A stretch of 50,055 nt of DNA from Octopus bimaculoides (Eukaryota), in assembly GCF_001194135.2 (NCBI RefSeq), contig NC_068986.1:1949509-1999563 (forward strand), given 5' to 3'. Below, in pieces: positions 1 to 13,160 of this stretch. The notes beneath the pieces were generated by a model. It ran no database searches. It had not been told where the DNA came from and worked only from the letters and a program-made list of their open reading frames with translations. The position numbers and the translations under genes are program-made. The number at the start of each line of letters is the position of its first letter. Position 1 is the first letter of the stretch.

Positions 1-57
<57 letters not shown>

Positions 58-149
58 GTTAGTATCTTTGTATATATTTCCGTATGTCTCTGTACTTACA
101 CAAACTGTACATACATAAGGCTGCATACCTACATACATTCATGCATACA

Positions 150-183
<34 letters not shown>

Positions 184-213
184 CATGTGTATGTATGTAT
201 GTGTACACGCATA

Positions 214-287
<74 letters not shown>

Positions 288-346
288 TGTACACGGTTCA
301 TGTACATTCACATATATCACTATATACTCATATAATTATGTGTGCT

Positions 347-424
<78 letters not shown>

Positions 425-527
425 TGTATGTATGTATGCACATTCTCACATACATACATACGCGCACAACATTTTCGTTTCTTTTTTCAGAACTTATTTG
501 AAGTCTGTTTCAGTGTGTGTGTGTGTT

Positions 528-574
<47 letters not shown>

Positions 575-660
575 CATGCACTCATACATACATACGTACA
601 TACATACATACATGCATACATACATACGTACATACGCATCTGCTTGCCTGTATGTGCGCG
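1..660. repeat. Compound microsatellite block (TG)n/(TA)n/(CATA)n
   Basis: Direct reading; source of the spurious IYIY/CVCV/HTYI ORFs. Confidence 0.95.
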
Positions 661-781
661 TTGACTAATACAGGTGAGCCAATAACGATGTGAACACCAT
701 GAGAGAGTGAAGCAGAAATACATAGACAAGCATAGGATGCCTCTGCTGCTGATATCGCTATCATTCACATTATTACTATGT

Positions 782-823
<42 letters not shown>

Positions 824-824
<1 letters not shown>

Positions 825-1195
825 CCGACAAATTCCAAGAGGCCATCCGCCTGGCTGACAAAAATGCAGTGACCAACAAAGCTTCCAACACTTACGAAGT
901 GTCATCTCTCTCTTCTCTCTCCGTCTCCCGCTACAACTAGAGCCTCCGTTCTTCTCACCTGTCTAACTTTATATCGTCTCCACTCAGGCGTAACTCATTT
1001 CATCTCTCATCTCTCTCTTTCCCTCTTCTTCCTTCTTATCGAGACTCCCATAGTGAGTTCCACCACCTAAATTTTCACACTGAACATTTTTACATCAATC
1101 CTCCAACCACAAATCTGGAACCTCCCGGAATTTTCTCTCTGCCTATGCATTTCTGACATACACCAACCTAGAGATGTTCAAAATGAACATATATA
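824..1195 (+). mobile_element. Decayed 3' end of a non-LTR retrotransposon ORF2 (CR1/Jockey-group-like)
   Basis: Frameshifted pieces DKFQEAIRL..AVTNK..VSSLS..SRYN, IWNL and AFLTYTNLEMFKMNI resemble the post-RT C-terminus (LDxIQxKAIRLI..AVSSLSLFYRY..LWNSLP..NLQxFK) from memory. Starts right after a (TAG)n run. Confidence 0.5.
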
Positions 1196-1742
1196 CACTA
1201 GCTGAATAGCCTGCCGTCTCCGGGTAATTTTCACAATAGAATGTCATATAAATTTTTGTTTATTCCATGTTTGACCATGCCTTCTCCGATAGATAGGTTC
1301 ACATGTCTTTATTCATTAAAACTTATCAAAACTTCAGAAGTCCTTACAACTTTGGTCGTCCTAATATTTTGCTTTCGTTTGTTTAATAAAAATTCCCCCT
1401 CGTAATGATTTTGCTTTCATTTTATGATAGACCGCTATCATGCAGAAAATGTCAGCTTCCAAATCCGGTTTACTGATTAAGTAACGTTGATTAAACTTTA
1501 AACCTCAGTAATATTTTTCTGCAATTTTTCTGGAACAAATAAATAACAAAATCGGATTTAACGCGGAAAATTATTTCAATATACCAAATTTGACAATTTT
1601 GACGTAATTTTAAAATTTTACAATATGTGGCCACAACAGGGAAGACCCTACAAAAGCAGAGATACAGACATTTATAGGCCATGACACACACACACATACA
1701 CACACACATACACACACACACACACACACACANNNNNNNNNN

Positions 1743-1782
<40 letters not shown>

Positions 1783-2349
1783 TTACAAACGTGCACGCAG
1801 GTAGTCACTAGTTTAAAATGGTGTATAGCAGACATGTGTATGTATGTACGCATGTTTGTACATATATGCGCGCGCGCGTGTGCGCGCGTATCTGTGTGTG
1901 AATGTTTCTTTGCGATGGGAGCAGAAAAGCCACCTACCCCCTCTCTTCTTAAAGCCACGTATTCCTCACACACACATTTCTTTCCCTTCCTCGGCGTTTT
2001 AAAAAGTTACTTATGTGTATGTGCGTGTTTGTATGTGTAGTGTGTGTGTTTTATGTGTGTGCGTATGCATGTATGTATTTACGGAAGTATGTATGCAGCG
2101 TCGCGTAAATAGCTGTGAATGACAGCTGTATTAACGTTATCACCTCAATGACACTCCATATTTGTCGCTTACACAACACTGTTCTTCCCTTCCCTGATAT
2201 CAACCACACTCACTATGCCACCACATTTCCTCACACTAACACTCTTTGTACCCTGCTCATTTTACAAAATAATAGCCTACCCACCTTTAGGTGGCCCATT
2301 ATAGATTTTTATTGAAATCCAATTAGCCTATAATTGAACTGGATATTAG

Positions 2350-2445
2350 TTTAACATGTATGCAAAGTTTCGTCAAGATTGGTTCACTGATGTAAGCAGT
2401 AAGATGGTAACAGACAGATCGACAGACAGAAATTGCCATTTACGT
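2350..2445 (+). mobile_element. Possible non-autonomous Helentron/HINE-like remnant
   Basis: AAGTTTCGTCAAGATTGG..ACAGACAGATCGACAGACAG followed by a TA-rich run resembles the internal and 3' layout of DINE/HINE-type elements; recall only. Confidence 0.25.
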
Positions 2446-2978
2446 ATGATACATATGTACATATATGTATATGTATGTATATATATATATATATATATAT
2501 ATNNNNNNNNNNTATATATATATATATACGCACACACACACATATATATATATATATACATAAACACATATATATACATGTATATATATGTATATATATA
2601 TAAGACACACACACATACACGCATATACACACACATACACGCATATACACACTCATACTCAAAATATGTGACTTCACTATGAATCTTTTTTAACCTTTAC
2701 CAATTTTTCCTCTTTCTCTTTTATTATTCCAAACCTCATCAATACAATATGTCGCTCTGCGTTCTCTTCTATTTGATATTTACATCACCACTACTTTTGC
2801 TTTGGCATCGGTTCACCATTTTTTTTCACCCTTCCTCTGTTGAATACCATTTCTTCAAACCCAGAGTTTTGTTCATTGGTAGCAGAGTGCGAAGAATCTT
2901 TTCAATAGCTCGTCACATTCGGTTTTCTTTCTTTCTTTCTTTCTTTCTTAAAACAACACCAACAATAACTACTACTCA

Positions 2979-3029
<51 letters not shown>

Positions 3030-3079
3030 CACTACTACTGCTGCTGCTGCTGCTACTACTACAACTACAACTGCTACGG

Positions 3080-3133
<54 letters not shown>

Positions 3134-3973
3134 GCTCTTATTTACTTTGTGCTGTGGTTGTTCTCTTTCCTCCTTTCCTCTTCCTCTTCCTCCTCCTCCT
3201 CTCCCGTATCTATTATTGCATTTTTTTCCCTTCCGGCCAATTTCTTTCAAATTCTGACTTTCTTTTTTATTTAATTTAAATTTATACTTCTCTATTTTCT
3301 TACTTTTGTGTGTGTGTGTGTGTATTTCTGTATTCCTCTATTTGTATCCGTCCCGCCTTTAATCTTTTAGTTTCTCACATTTGACCTGTTTCCAAAAAAG
3401 ATTTCCGAAAAAAGAAAAAAAAAATTTTAAATATTTTTTAAAAAATCAACGTCAACAACAAACAAACAAAAGACACAAAACCCTCCTACACACATTTTCA
3501 TCACATCGCCACAACAAAAATAATTTTAAAAATTTATAAAAAGTGACCCCCCCCCTCAAAAAATGGATGAAGGGGTGGGAAGTGGGAGGACATTCTCATC
3601 TTAACCCCATCCCACATATGAAAAAAAAAAGGGGTTCGGTTTTTAGATTTTATTTTTCAATTTGTGGTTTGTCTTTGATTTTTTTCTTTATCGTTTATTA
3701 TTATTATTATTTTTCTTGTTATATTATTAAATTTATGAAACAGATTTTGTTGTCCTTCTGGTTAGCCTTTGACATTTCCAAATTGACTTTGATTCCTGCT
3801 CGACTATCTCACTCTTCCTTTCACTCACACTTTTCCTCCCCCTCCCTCTTGTATTGTTTTTTGTTTCTATCACCCCCTCTCTCTCTCCCTCGATCTTTAT
3901 TTCTCTCTTTCTCGCTTTCTCTGAAAACAACAACAATGCCCTCTGTATTGTCTAAACTTCAGTTTTTCTGCAG

Positions 3974-4109
3974 TACCACCCACCGCTGCTAACCTCTGCA
4001 ATATACACCACACCGCATATTCCACGCCTAACCTTATCGACACCCGCACCATTCATTGCCAGGAATGGCAGAACCACCAGCAGTACCATCACCGGAACTA
4101 CCATCTCAA
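3974..4109 (+). other. Candidate 136-bp internal exon of an unknown host gene
   Basis: CTAAAC branch-like motif (3952-3957), TTTTTCTGCAG acceptor, CAA|GTAAGT donor; two frames open. No homology recognised. Confidence 0.2.
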
Positions 4110-5050
4110 GTAAGTAGTACAACATCTCTCATCTTTACTTTCACCATCCTTCATCGTCAACTTCCTTCTCCCCTCACCCTCTCTCTCCTCCTCCTCACCT
4201 CCTCCTCACCTCCTCCTCCAACTGCTGCTGCTGCACCTCCTCCTCCTCCTCCTCCTCCTCCTCCTCATCATCATCATCATCACCACCACCACCATTACGA
4301 CGACGACGACCACCCACCACTACCACCACCATTACTACTACCATCATTACCCCTCCTCCTCTTCCTTCTCTTCATCATCATCATCATCATCATCATCCTC
4401 ATCATCATCATTACCACCATTACGACGACGACGACGACAACCACTACCACCACTACCACAACCATACTCATCCACATCATCATCAGTTTCATTGTCACCA
4501 TCATCGCTACCACCACCACTATCACCACTTCAACAACAACAAGATCATCATCATCATCATCATTGTGGCAATGTCCTTATCATCTGACAACGACGCCCAC
4601 CACCATCACCACTTCCTCGACCAATGCAACCATCACCACTACAACCACCACCACCTCCACCACCATCACCACCACCATCACCACCACCACCACCATCCTC
4701 ATCACCAGAACCATCACCACCCCTGCAGCAATTTCTCTACTACTCTTCCTCCATCACCAGTATATCGCCCCACCGACAACATCACTGTCACTACTGCTAC
4801 AGCAGCATCACTACATCGTCTTTGCCATCGCCACCACCACCACCACCAACAACCACCACCTCCTCCTCTTCCTCGCTACTTCCCCTTCACCACCACCACC
4901 GCCACCACCACCACCATTGAAATTTGCCTTCACCGCCACCAGTACAGCAATCAGCACCTCCATTTTCTACCCCCTCCATTATTACTCTCATCACGAAGAC
5001 CATCTGTAGAAAGAACAGGAACAAGAATAAGAACAACGACGACAACGGCT
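4110..5050. repeat. Cryptic trinucleotide mosaic (CCT/CAT/CAC/ACG/TAC)
   Basis: 3-bp periodic, G-poor on the + strand; all three + frames are open over long stretches, so the openness is compositional. Confidence 0.9.
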
Positions 5051-5284
5051 CGACCAGAGAGATTCTACGTTGTCGAATAACCTGCTAAGAGTAGCCGTAA
5101 AATCTACCTCAAACATATCTTATGTACATTCTTAAAATGGAAGGACACATTGGAATATATAGTTTTAGACATGTTGTAGTACAAAAAGACAGGATGACTA
5201 CTGCAGTACGTTTTTTTTTTTTATCAAAGTTCTACTCGATCTTGACTGACCTTGCGGGAAACAACAAAAGCAGCAGCAACAGCA

Positions 5285-5354
<70 letters not shown>

Positions 5355-5384
5355 ATGAAGATGATGTAGTACTTAGACAGTGAA

Positions 5385-5800
5385 TCTCATGGCTTCTGAT
5401 CTTAACTGATTGGAAGTGCCAACATGTACACGTTTTGTCTTAGTGCAAAAGATGTGCTACATCAAATATTCTTCTCAATACCACAGATTTGCTGGTCAGT
5501 TGCTTGACCTTAACCAGTTGCGCATGTCCTTTAGTAGCTGACGATATGTGCATCCCTGACCACAAGCAGGAGTAGTAGGGGAGCATCATAGCCATGTGTT
5601 GGAAGGAGTTCTTTGGGGTTTGAATAATTCATCCCTGGAAACATGAGTGCTTCGTTCATCACCCTTAAACAACTCTTGTTCAGAGACATTTTGAGTGGGA
5701 TTGGCTACTCGATCTGAAGAAAATTCGAAAGTTGGCCTCACCTGCATGGTCATGCGCTGTTTATCTTTATACGAAGTCATCATATCACGCATGTTTACAC
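5385..5800 (+). mobile_element. Diverged copy of retroposon family X (LINE 3' UTR-like)
   Basis: Aligns by eye with 14370-14790 (CTCATGGCTT..ATACCACAGATTTGC..GACCTTAACCAGTTG..GAGCATCATAGCCATGTG..CACCTGCA.GGTCATGC). Follows a (TAC)n run. Confidence 0.7.
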
Positions 5801-5869
5801 ATACACACCGCACTCCACACGAATACACATAGAGAATATTTTACCGGAACGTAAATACCTGGGTAGTAA

Positions 5870-6086
5870 AAGGCGGCGAGCTGGCAGAAACGTTAGCACA
5901 CTGGACGAAATGCTTGGCGGTATTTCGTTTGTCTTTACGTTCTGAGTTCAAATTCCAGCGAGGTCGACTTTGCCTTTAATCCTTTCGGAGTCGATAAATC
6001 AAGTACCAGTTGCGTACTGGGGTCGATCTAATCAACTAGTTCCATCCCCCAAAATTTCGGGCCTTGTGCCTACAGTAGAAAAGAAT
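5870..6086 (+). mobile_element. SINE family A, full length (~215 bp)
   Basis: AAGGCGGCGAGCTGGCAGAAACGTTAGCAC..GAGTTCAAATTCC (B-box-like)..GGCCTTGTGCCTACAGTAGAAAAG; many homologous copies in the window. Confidence 0.9.
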
Positions 6087-6203
6087 ATCTGAGTAGTATA
6101 ATTTTACTCATTAGATCAAAGCTTATACTATACTGATACCTCAGAAACATACGCGTATATATGAAAACATCTGCATGGATGTATGTATGCATTCGTATGT
6201 ATG

Positions 6204-6258
<55 letters not shown>

Positions 6259-6542
6259 GGATTAACAAGGCTATCAGTGGTTTCATGTGGAGATAGCAAT
6301 AATAAACGAATCATCTCCAAGAACCTTATAAATGGAAGGAATGGTAAATTCACCTTCAGTAGTCTTGTTAACCCACAAATAAAGAATATTTATCCATCAA
6401 TGCAGTGNNNNNNNNNNNNNNNNNNNNNNNNNNNNNNNNNNNNNNNNNNNNNNNNNNNNNNNNNNNNNNNNNNNNNNNNNNNNNNNNNNNNNNNNNNNNN
6501 NNNNNNNNNNNNNNNNNNNNNNNNNNNNNNNNNNNNNNNNNN

Positions 6543-6575
<33 letters not shown>

Positions 6576-8424
6576 CACATGCATACATACATACGCATAC
6601 ACACACACACACACTCATATATATATATACATACATACATATATACACATATACATACATACATATTCGTATGTATTGGTCTCATGTGTATTTACACACA
6701 CACCCACAGACACACATATATATATAAGTACACAGGTACGTGTGTGCGCGTGCAAGTGTATGTATGTATCAATATCGACCTTACACTAAAGCCAGCGGTG
6801 TGTATTTTCTAACACATCTATAGAGATTAAACTGCATTGAGTACTCTAATGAATAGTAATTTTCTTAATCACTTGATTAAGATTATGATATATCATATAT
6901 GCTAACATACCTGCATACAAGCACACACACACACACACACACACACNNNNNNNNNNNNNNNNNNNNNNNNNNNNNNNNNNNNNNNNNNNNNNNNNNNNNN
7001 NNNNNNNNNNNNNNNNNNNNNNNNNNNNNNNNNNNNNNNNNNNNNNNNNNNNNNNNNNNNNNNNNNNNNNNNNNNNNNNNNNNNNNNNNNNNNNNNNNNN
7101 NNNNNNNNNNNNNNNNNNNNNNNNNNNNNNNNNNNNNNNNNNNNNNNNNNNNNNNNNNNNNNNNNNNNNNNNNNNNNNNNNNNNNNNNNNNNNNNNNNNN
7201 NNNNNNNNNNNNNNNNNNNNNNNNNNNNNNNNNNNNNNNNNNNNNNNNNNNNNNNNNNNNNNNNNNNNNNNNNNNNNNNNNNNNNNNNNNNNNNNNNNNN
7301 NNNNNNNNNNNNNNNNNNNNNNNNNNNNNNNNNNNNNNNNNNNNNNNNNNNNNNNNNNNNNNNNNNNNNNNNNNNNNNNNNNNNNNNNNNNNNNNNNNNN
7401 NNNNNNNNNNNNNNNNNNNNNNNNNNNNNNNNNNNNNNNNNNNNNNNNNNNNNNNNNNNNNNNNNNNNNNNNNNNNNNNNNNNNNNNNNNNNNNNNNNNN
7501 NNNNNNNNNNNNNNNNNNNNNNNNNNNNNNNNNNNNNNNNNNNNNNNNNNNNNNNNNNNNNNNNNNNNNNNNNNNNNNNNNNNNNNNNNNCATGTTAACA
7601 TCTCTTTTGCTTCGCACCGAATCTGAAGCTTTTGTGTGGTAAATCTACCGCCAGCTTCTTTTAGTGTTATCATGGATCACATAAAGCGATCTCAATTGAA
7701 AATTTAGGAAACTACATATAATTTTGACTTGAAATCCGGTATCATTCAAAAAGATATGTCTTTTTATTGAAGTACCTTTTCTTCCTCTTTGTTACGCGTA
7801 AACAAACTTATTTGAATCACTGAAGGCTACCAAGGAAAAGCACTTTTCTCTTAATTAACTGCTAAGGGGTCTTCGTGTGAAAGTGTGTTCCACTTACAAA
7901 AGATAACTATTCTAGTGATTCTTTTGTAACGGTTGAAAAAAATCCTTGGAGGATTTCATTTATATTATTAAAGAATATACATCTTTTTATATCCCATCTT
8001 CTTTTTCGTTTTATACTGAATATGTTTTGATTACTGAATGCAAATATCAAATGCAATAGATGGCAGTGTATATAGCATACCACAGTTTTCTCTCTCTAAC
8101 TGTTCTTTCATTCTTTCTCGCTTTCTTTTCTTTTCTCTTTTTTCTTTCTTTCCTCTTATTGCCTCATATCTTCTCAGCTGATCAAAATCACTTTATAATT
8201 AAAAGGAAAATGGTAAATTTTATAGAATTATCTATTACCTTCTTATAACGAAACGAGACATGTTACAGCTTCAGAACTGACTTATATTTAGTAGTAATTA
8301 CAACCACAGGTGTTAAGCACTGGCAACTGGGTTACTTTCCACAAGTGTATAGTTCACAGTTTCGATCCTTCCCCACAACCAGAAATAATATGGTCTTAGT
8401 GATATCCAAGCATAAAACTACTTC

Positions 8425-8621
8425 TTATTTTTTACTTCAGTCATTAGACTGCGGCCATGCTGGGGCACCGCCTTGTAGAAATTTTTAGTCGAATCTATCG
8501 ACCCCAGTACTGATCATTTGAAGCCTGGTACTTATTCTATCGGTTTCTTTTGCCGAACCACTAAGTTACGGGGACACCAGCACTAGTTAAACGGTGGTGG
8601 GGCACAAACACAGAGACACAT

Positions 8622-8678
<57 letters not shown>

Positions 8679-8848
8679 CATATATACAACGGGCTTCTTT
8701 CAGTTTCCGCCTACCAAATCCACTCCCAAAGCTTTGGTCGGCCCGAGGCTATAGCAGAAGACACTTGCCCAAGATGTCACACAGTCGGTCTGAACCTGGA
8801 ACCATGTGGTTAGGAAGCAAACTTCTCACTATACAGCCACACCTGCGC
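8425..8848 (-). mobile_element. SINE family B (tRNA head, central (CA)n, ~420 bp)
   Basis: Minus-strand head with A-box-like TGGCTGTATAG and B-box-like GGTTCAGACC, internal microsatellite, and the 3' body GCGGCCATGCTGGGGCACCGCC shared with copies at 31100 and 46205. Confidence 0.9.
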
Positions 8849-9234
8849 TATTCTAAAAAAAAAAAAAAGCATACACACGCACACACAAAGCACAGACCTG
8901 CTTAGTTATCACTTGAAATTCTTTCCTTAAATATTTAATTATATATATGTATTATTATATATATGTATGTATTAACGGTTAGACTATACTTCATTAAGAG
9001 AATAATTTTAATCATTTGGTTGGAATAAAAATTATTATAGTTTTTATCGTTTCAACGTTTGATGTTTATTTTGCAATAAAATTTTATTTAGCTATGTTCA
9101 TGTAATATAAGGTTTTGAAGTTTAGGTGTTGGTCTACTGATTTCTGTTGATGGCTTTCCTTTCTTCTTTATTTTAAGGTATTAACTGAAAAATGAACTCC
9201 CTTACCCCAAATCCCCCAGAAAAACAGAACCCAC

Positions 9235-9495
9235 AAAAGAAAATCAAATACAAGAAATTTTATTGTATGAATTCAAAGTGGGACACAGCTACAAAACGTT
9301 ACTCGTATTATCAACCAAGAATTTATCCCGTAGGACCGTCAATGAACGTGAAACTCAACATTATCTTCAAAATTTTCTGAGAGGAAACGAGAGCTTTGAA
9401 GATGAGAAATGTCTCGGACGACTTCCAGTTATTGACAACGGCCAACTGAGGCCATTATTGTGACGGATCCACGCAAATCAACTCGAAAGGTCAAT
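9235..9495 (+). mobile_element. Mariner transposase N-terminal HTH fragment, decayed
   Basis: LYEFKVGHSYKTL..KNLSRRTVNERETQHYLQNFLRGNESFEDEKCLGRLPVIDNGQLRPLL*.DPRKSTR matches the mariner pattern YEFKLGH..AETARNIN..GTVNERTVQHWFQKFRSGDESLEDE..GRP..DND.L..V..DPR.TTR. Confidence 0.85.
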
Positions 9496-9639
9496 GGTTC
9501 AACAATATCAGTTCAGACAAGTAGTTCTATATATTCCTTCACAAGGTTTTTTGTACACATTATCGCAATTATATTTTCTAACACATTCTATATTGTCTAA
9601 AAAAAAAAAAAAAAAAGACTATTTTTACTTCGTGGTTTC

Positions 9640-10290
9640 TGTAATTTCTCCAGATACCGATTTGCATGTACCCGGACTTGTCCTACTTAAATGAGTTCTC
9701 CTGATACCACCACATATTCCATCAGCATGGTGCCCACCACCTCGACTTCCGTGGTGTTCGACACTGTCACAGTGACATCGCTGCGCGCGCCAAATCGACA
9801 GACCCGCGTCTTTTAGCTTCAGTAATAATTGCCCGACAGCGATGAGGAAAGCAACCGTGACAACCTGAGCGCATTATCGGAATCGGTTTCGATAGGTAGC
9901 CACTTAGCTTGACTACTGAGCAGATTCTGTTGCATTTATCCGGTCTCTAGATTCTAGAACGAAACCCGCTGTGCTAAGGACAATCCTCAAATACTGGTAG
10001 TCAACGGTTTGGGTTGATCCAAGTGAATCGGAGCCTCACCGAAGCCAGGTTTGTTGCCTGCCCTCTTTATGAAGGATGGCGCAAGGTGAAGGTTGTAGAG
10101 AGGTCTGTATGGTTCCGACAAGGTTACCAATGACAAATGTCAATCTTCGTGAGCTTCACGGTGAAAATCTTAGGAAACTGTTATGTTCCCTTTGTTTGCT
10201 TCTTTCCGCAGCCATTCCACTCCCGAAGAACACAGCAGAGAACGTTCCCAGACGTAAACCAAGAGATGTCAGTTGCAGTAGAAATTAGCC
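9640..10290 (-). mobile_element. Possible decayed 5' region or APE start of an RTE-like LINE
   Basis: GC-richer block; minus-strand fragments WNMW..QE and LSRTSPGTCKSVSGEI loosely resemble the APE motifs WNVRT..QE and SETRWPG.G. Many stops. Confidence 0.25.
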
Positions 10291-10391
10291 AAGAGAAGTT
10301 TGGCTTGTATCCGTAAAGCTCGAAGGGACGACCATGCAAACTAGGAAATTTGCTTCTCGCGCAACCACTGACCACCAACCATTTTACGCAG

Positions 10392-11000
10392 CATGGAAGT
10401 TATGTCAGTATTATGAAATACCAAAAGAAAAGAGGTGGTATGCACACACGCCAACAAAGATATCATAAGCGCGATCATATTATCATATACACCAATCTAC
10501 ATCGACATAAAAATCAAAGCTAATTCATCAGGTGTATGGTCAAGAACTAAAATGAACATAAAATGAAGTGCTTCTTAAACGAAATATCAGTCCCAGCAGG
10601 CGATGATGTGTCCTGATAAGAAACAACGAAATAATCCAACTATAAAGATCAGGAAATGGTGATAAATAGAATACTGGGGACACGGATTGAAGACAGAAAC
10701 ACTCCCTATAACAGGAGATGGTTTAGAAGGATTTAAAAAAAATACAAACAAATACATTACCCATACCCCAAGACTTACACATATACTGCAACTTGTACTT
10801 CTAGGTACTACGTACATATTACGTAGAGTGTTGACAATGCAGTAGAAAAATCAATACAAAATCAATACAAAACACTGTACGAACCAACGGCCAACAGAGT
10901 TGTACTCAGTTGTTTAGTGCAAGTAACCAAATATAAATAAAACTTCAGAATAATGATGATGATGGTGATGATGATGGTGATGATGATGACGACAACGATA
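10392..11000 (+). mobile_element. R4/Dong-clade (RLE-type) LINE 3' end, decayed
   Basis: WKLCQYYEIPKEKRWYAHTP..PIYIDIKIKAN..ISVPAGDDVS..YKDQEM..LKTETLPI..LLGTTYILRRVLTMQ* is the typical RLE C-terminus; followed by an ATG/AAT repeat tail. Confidence 0.8.
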
Positions 11001-11112
11001 ATATCTAGTATAAGGAAAAGACTTGATTTATTCGGGAAGGGGAATGGTTGGTCATTAAATCGACCCAGAATATAATAATGACGATGATGAAGGTGGTGGT
11101 TATGCTCCTGCT

Positions 11113-11113
11113 G

Positions 11114-11185
<72 letters not shown>
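11113..11185. repeat. (AAT)n microsatellite
   Basis: Pure run abutting the 3' end of a minus-strand family A SINE. Confidence 0.95.
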
Positions 11186-11187
<2 letters not shown>

Positions 11188-11402
11188 CCTTTCTACTATA
11201 GGTACAAGGCCTGAAATTTTGTGGGAAGTAACTAGTCGATTACATCGACCCCAGTGTTTCACTGGTACTTAATTAAACGACACCGAAACGATTAAAGACA
11301 ATGTCGACCTCGGTGGAATTTGAACTCAGAACATAAAGACGGATGAAATGCTGCTAAGCATTTTTACCCGACATGCTAACGATTCTGCCGGCTCACAGCC
11401 TT
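11186..11402 (-). mobile_element. SINE family A
   Basis: Reverse complement of the 5870-6086 type sequence. Confidence 0.85.
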
Positions 11403-11458
11403 AACGACGAAGACGACGGCAACAAAAACAACAACAATAATGATAATGGTTTCATATC

Positions 11459-11700
11459 TTGGCCCAAGGCGAGCAATTTCGGGGAGTAGGTAAATCGATT
11501 GCATCGACCCCAGTGTTCAACTGCTGCTTATTTCATCGACCACGAAAGAAGGAAAAAAAATGACCACGGTGGAATTTGAACTCAGAATGTGAAGACGGGT
11601 GAAATGCTTAACGGTGTTTCGCCCAGCGTTTTAACGCTTCTGCCAGCTCATCGCCGCCTTCTCAAAGTCGACCTCGGCGGAATATTGAACTCAGAATGTA
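11459..11700 (-). mobile_element. SINE family A, diverged copy plus adjacent partial copy
   Basis: CATCGACCCCAGTG..GGAATTTGAACTCAGAA..TCTGCCAGCTCATCGCCGCCTT, then a second AAAGTCGACCTCGGCGGAAT..GAACTCAGAA fragment. Confidence 0.75.
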
Positions 11701-11910
11701 AAACAACAATAATATTAATGAATAGATGAAAGGCGTTTATTTACATAGGTCTTCAAAGCTGAACAACGAGCTTAGGATGAAACGGTGGGCAAGGAAATGA
11801 AATGAAAACAGTCTAACATCAATGTTCAGAACCTTCGCTTTAATGAAGGGAATGACACCTTAATGATGCTGCTGCTGCTGCTGGCGATGATGATGATGAT
11901 GATGATAATA

Positions 11911-11945
<35 letters not shown>

Positions 11946-12650
11946 AATAATGATGACGTTGATGATGATATCGATGATGATGATGATGATAACGACTATG
12001 ACGACGACTACTACTATACCGATAACCACTAACAGAAAACAACAACAAAAAAAATAGGTCACTGGTATTAATCAGGTCAATCAGTGCAAANNNNNNNNNN
12101 NNNNNNNNNNNNNNNNNNNNNNNNNNNNNNNNNNNNNNNNNNNNNNNNNNNNNNNNNNNNNNNNNNNNNNNNNNNNNNNNNNNNNNNNNNNNNNNNNNNN
12201 NNNNNNNNNNNNNNNNNNNNNNNNNNNNNNNNNNNNNNNNNNNNNNNNNNNNNNNNNNNNNNNNNNNNNNNNNNNNNNNNNNNNNNNNNNNNNNNNNNNN
12301 NNNNNNNNNNNNNNNNNNNNNNNNNNNNNNNNNNNNNNNNNNNNNNNNNNNNNNNNNNNNNNNNNNNNNNNNNNNNNNNNNNNNNNNNNNNNNNNNNNNN
12401 NNNNNNTAAGAGCTGGGTTTCTTCTTTTTTTGTTTTTCGTTAGTCGCAGTATTAGTGCCAACGTTCATGCTGGCGAGGGCGGCGTAGTAGGATGGTAAAA
12501 GTAGAATTGGTAAAAGTGGTGATTCTCCTGTTCTCTTATTTTTTGTCGTCATCGTTATCAGCCTTGTTGTTGTTGTTGTTGCTGCTGCTGCCGCTGCTGC
12601 TGCTGATGCAGTCCTTTTTCTACTTTTAACTTTTGTCGGCGTTGATGAAG

Positions 12651-13160
12651 GTCTGTGGCTAAGTGGTTTAGGTATTCGGCTCACGATTCTAACTAAGATC
12701 GTCAGTTCGATTCCCGACCGCGCGTGTGTCCTTCAGCAAGATACCCTATCTCATGTTACTCCATTCCATTGAGCTAACAAGAATGAGTTTTACCTGTATT
12801 TCAAAGGGCCGACCTTGTCACATGCCATTTTCACACTGAATCTCCCTGAGTTTAGTGGTTAAGGTATTCGGCTAACGATCGCAAGGTCGTGAGTTCGATT
12901 CCCGACCGTGCGTTGTGGCTTGAGCAAGAGATTTCATTTCACGTTGATCCATTTCTCTCAACTGGCAAAAATGAGTAGTGTCTGTATTTCAAAGGGCTAG
13001 CCTTGTCACATTCTGTTTCACACTGAATCTACCTGAGAACTACGTTAAAGGTAGGCGTGTCTGTGGAGTGCTCAGCCACCTGCACATTAATTTCACGAGC
13101 AACCTGTTCTCCTGATCGAAACAACTGGAACCGTCATTGTCGTAATCGATGGAGTGCCAG
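12651..13160 (+). mobile_element. SINE family C (tRNA-derived), head-to-tail dimer
   Basis: A-box TGGCTAAGTGG (12656-12666) and B-box AGTTCGATTCC. The first unit ends at CTGAATCTCCCTGAG (~12850); the second restarts inside the A-box and runs to the 3' end GATGGAGTGCCAG. Confidence 0.8.

Noticed and set aside
4056-5080. 317-aa Pro/His/Thr-rich ORF and overlapping ORFs
   Set aside because: All three + frames are open because the G-poor triplet mosaic lacks stop codons; the consensus GTAAGT at 4110 would remove it as intron anyway.
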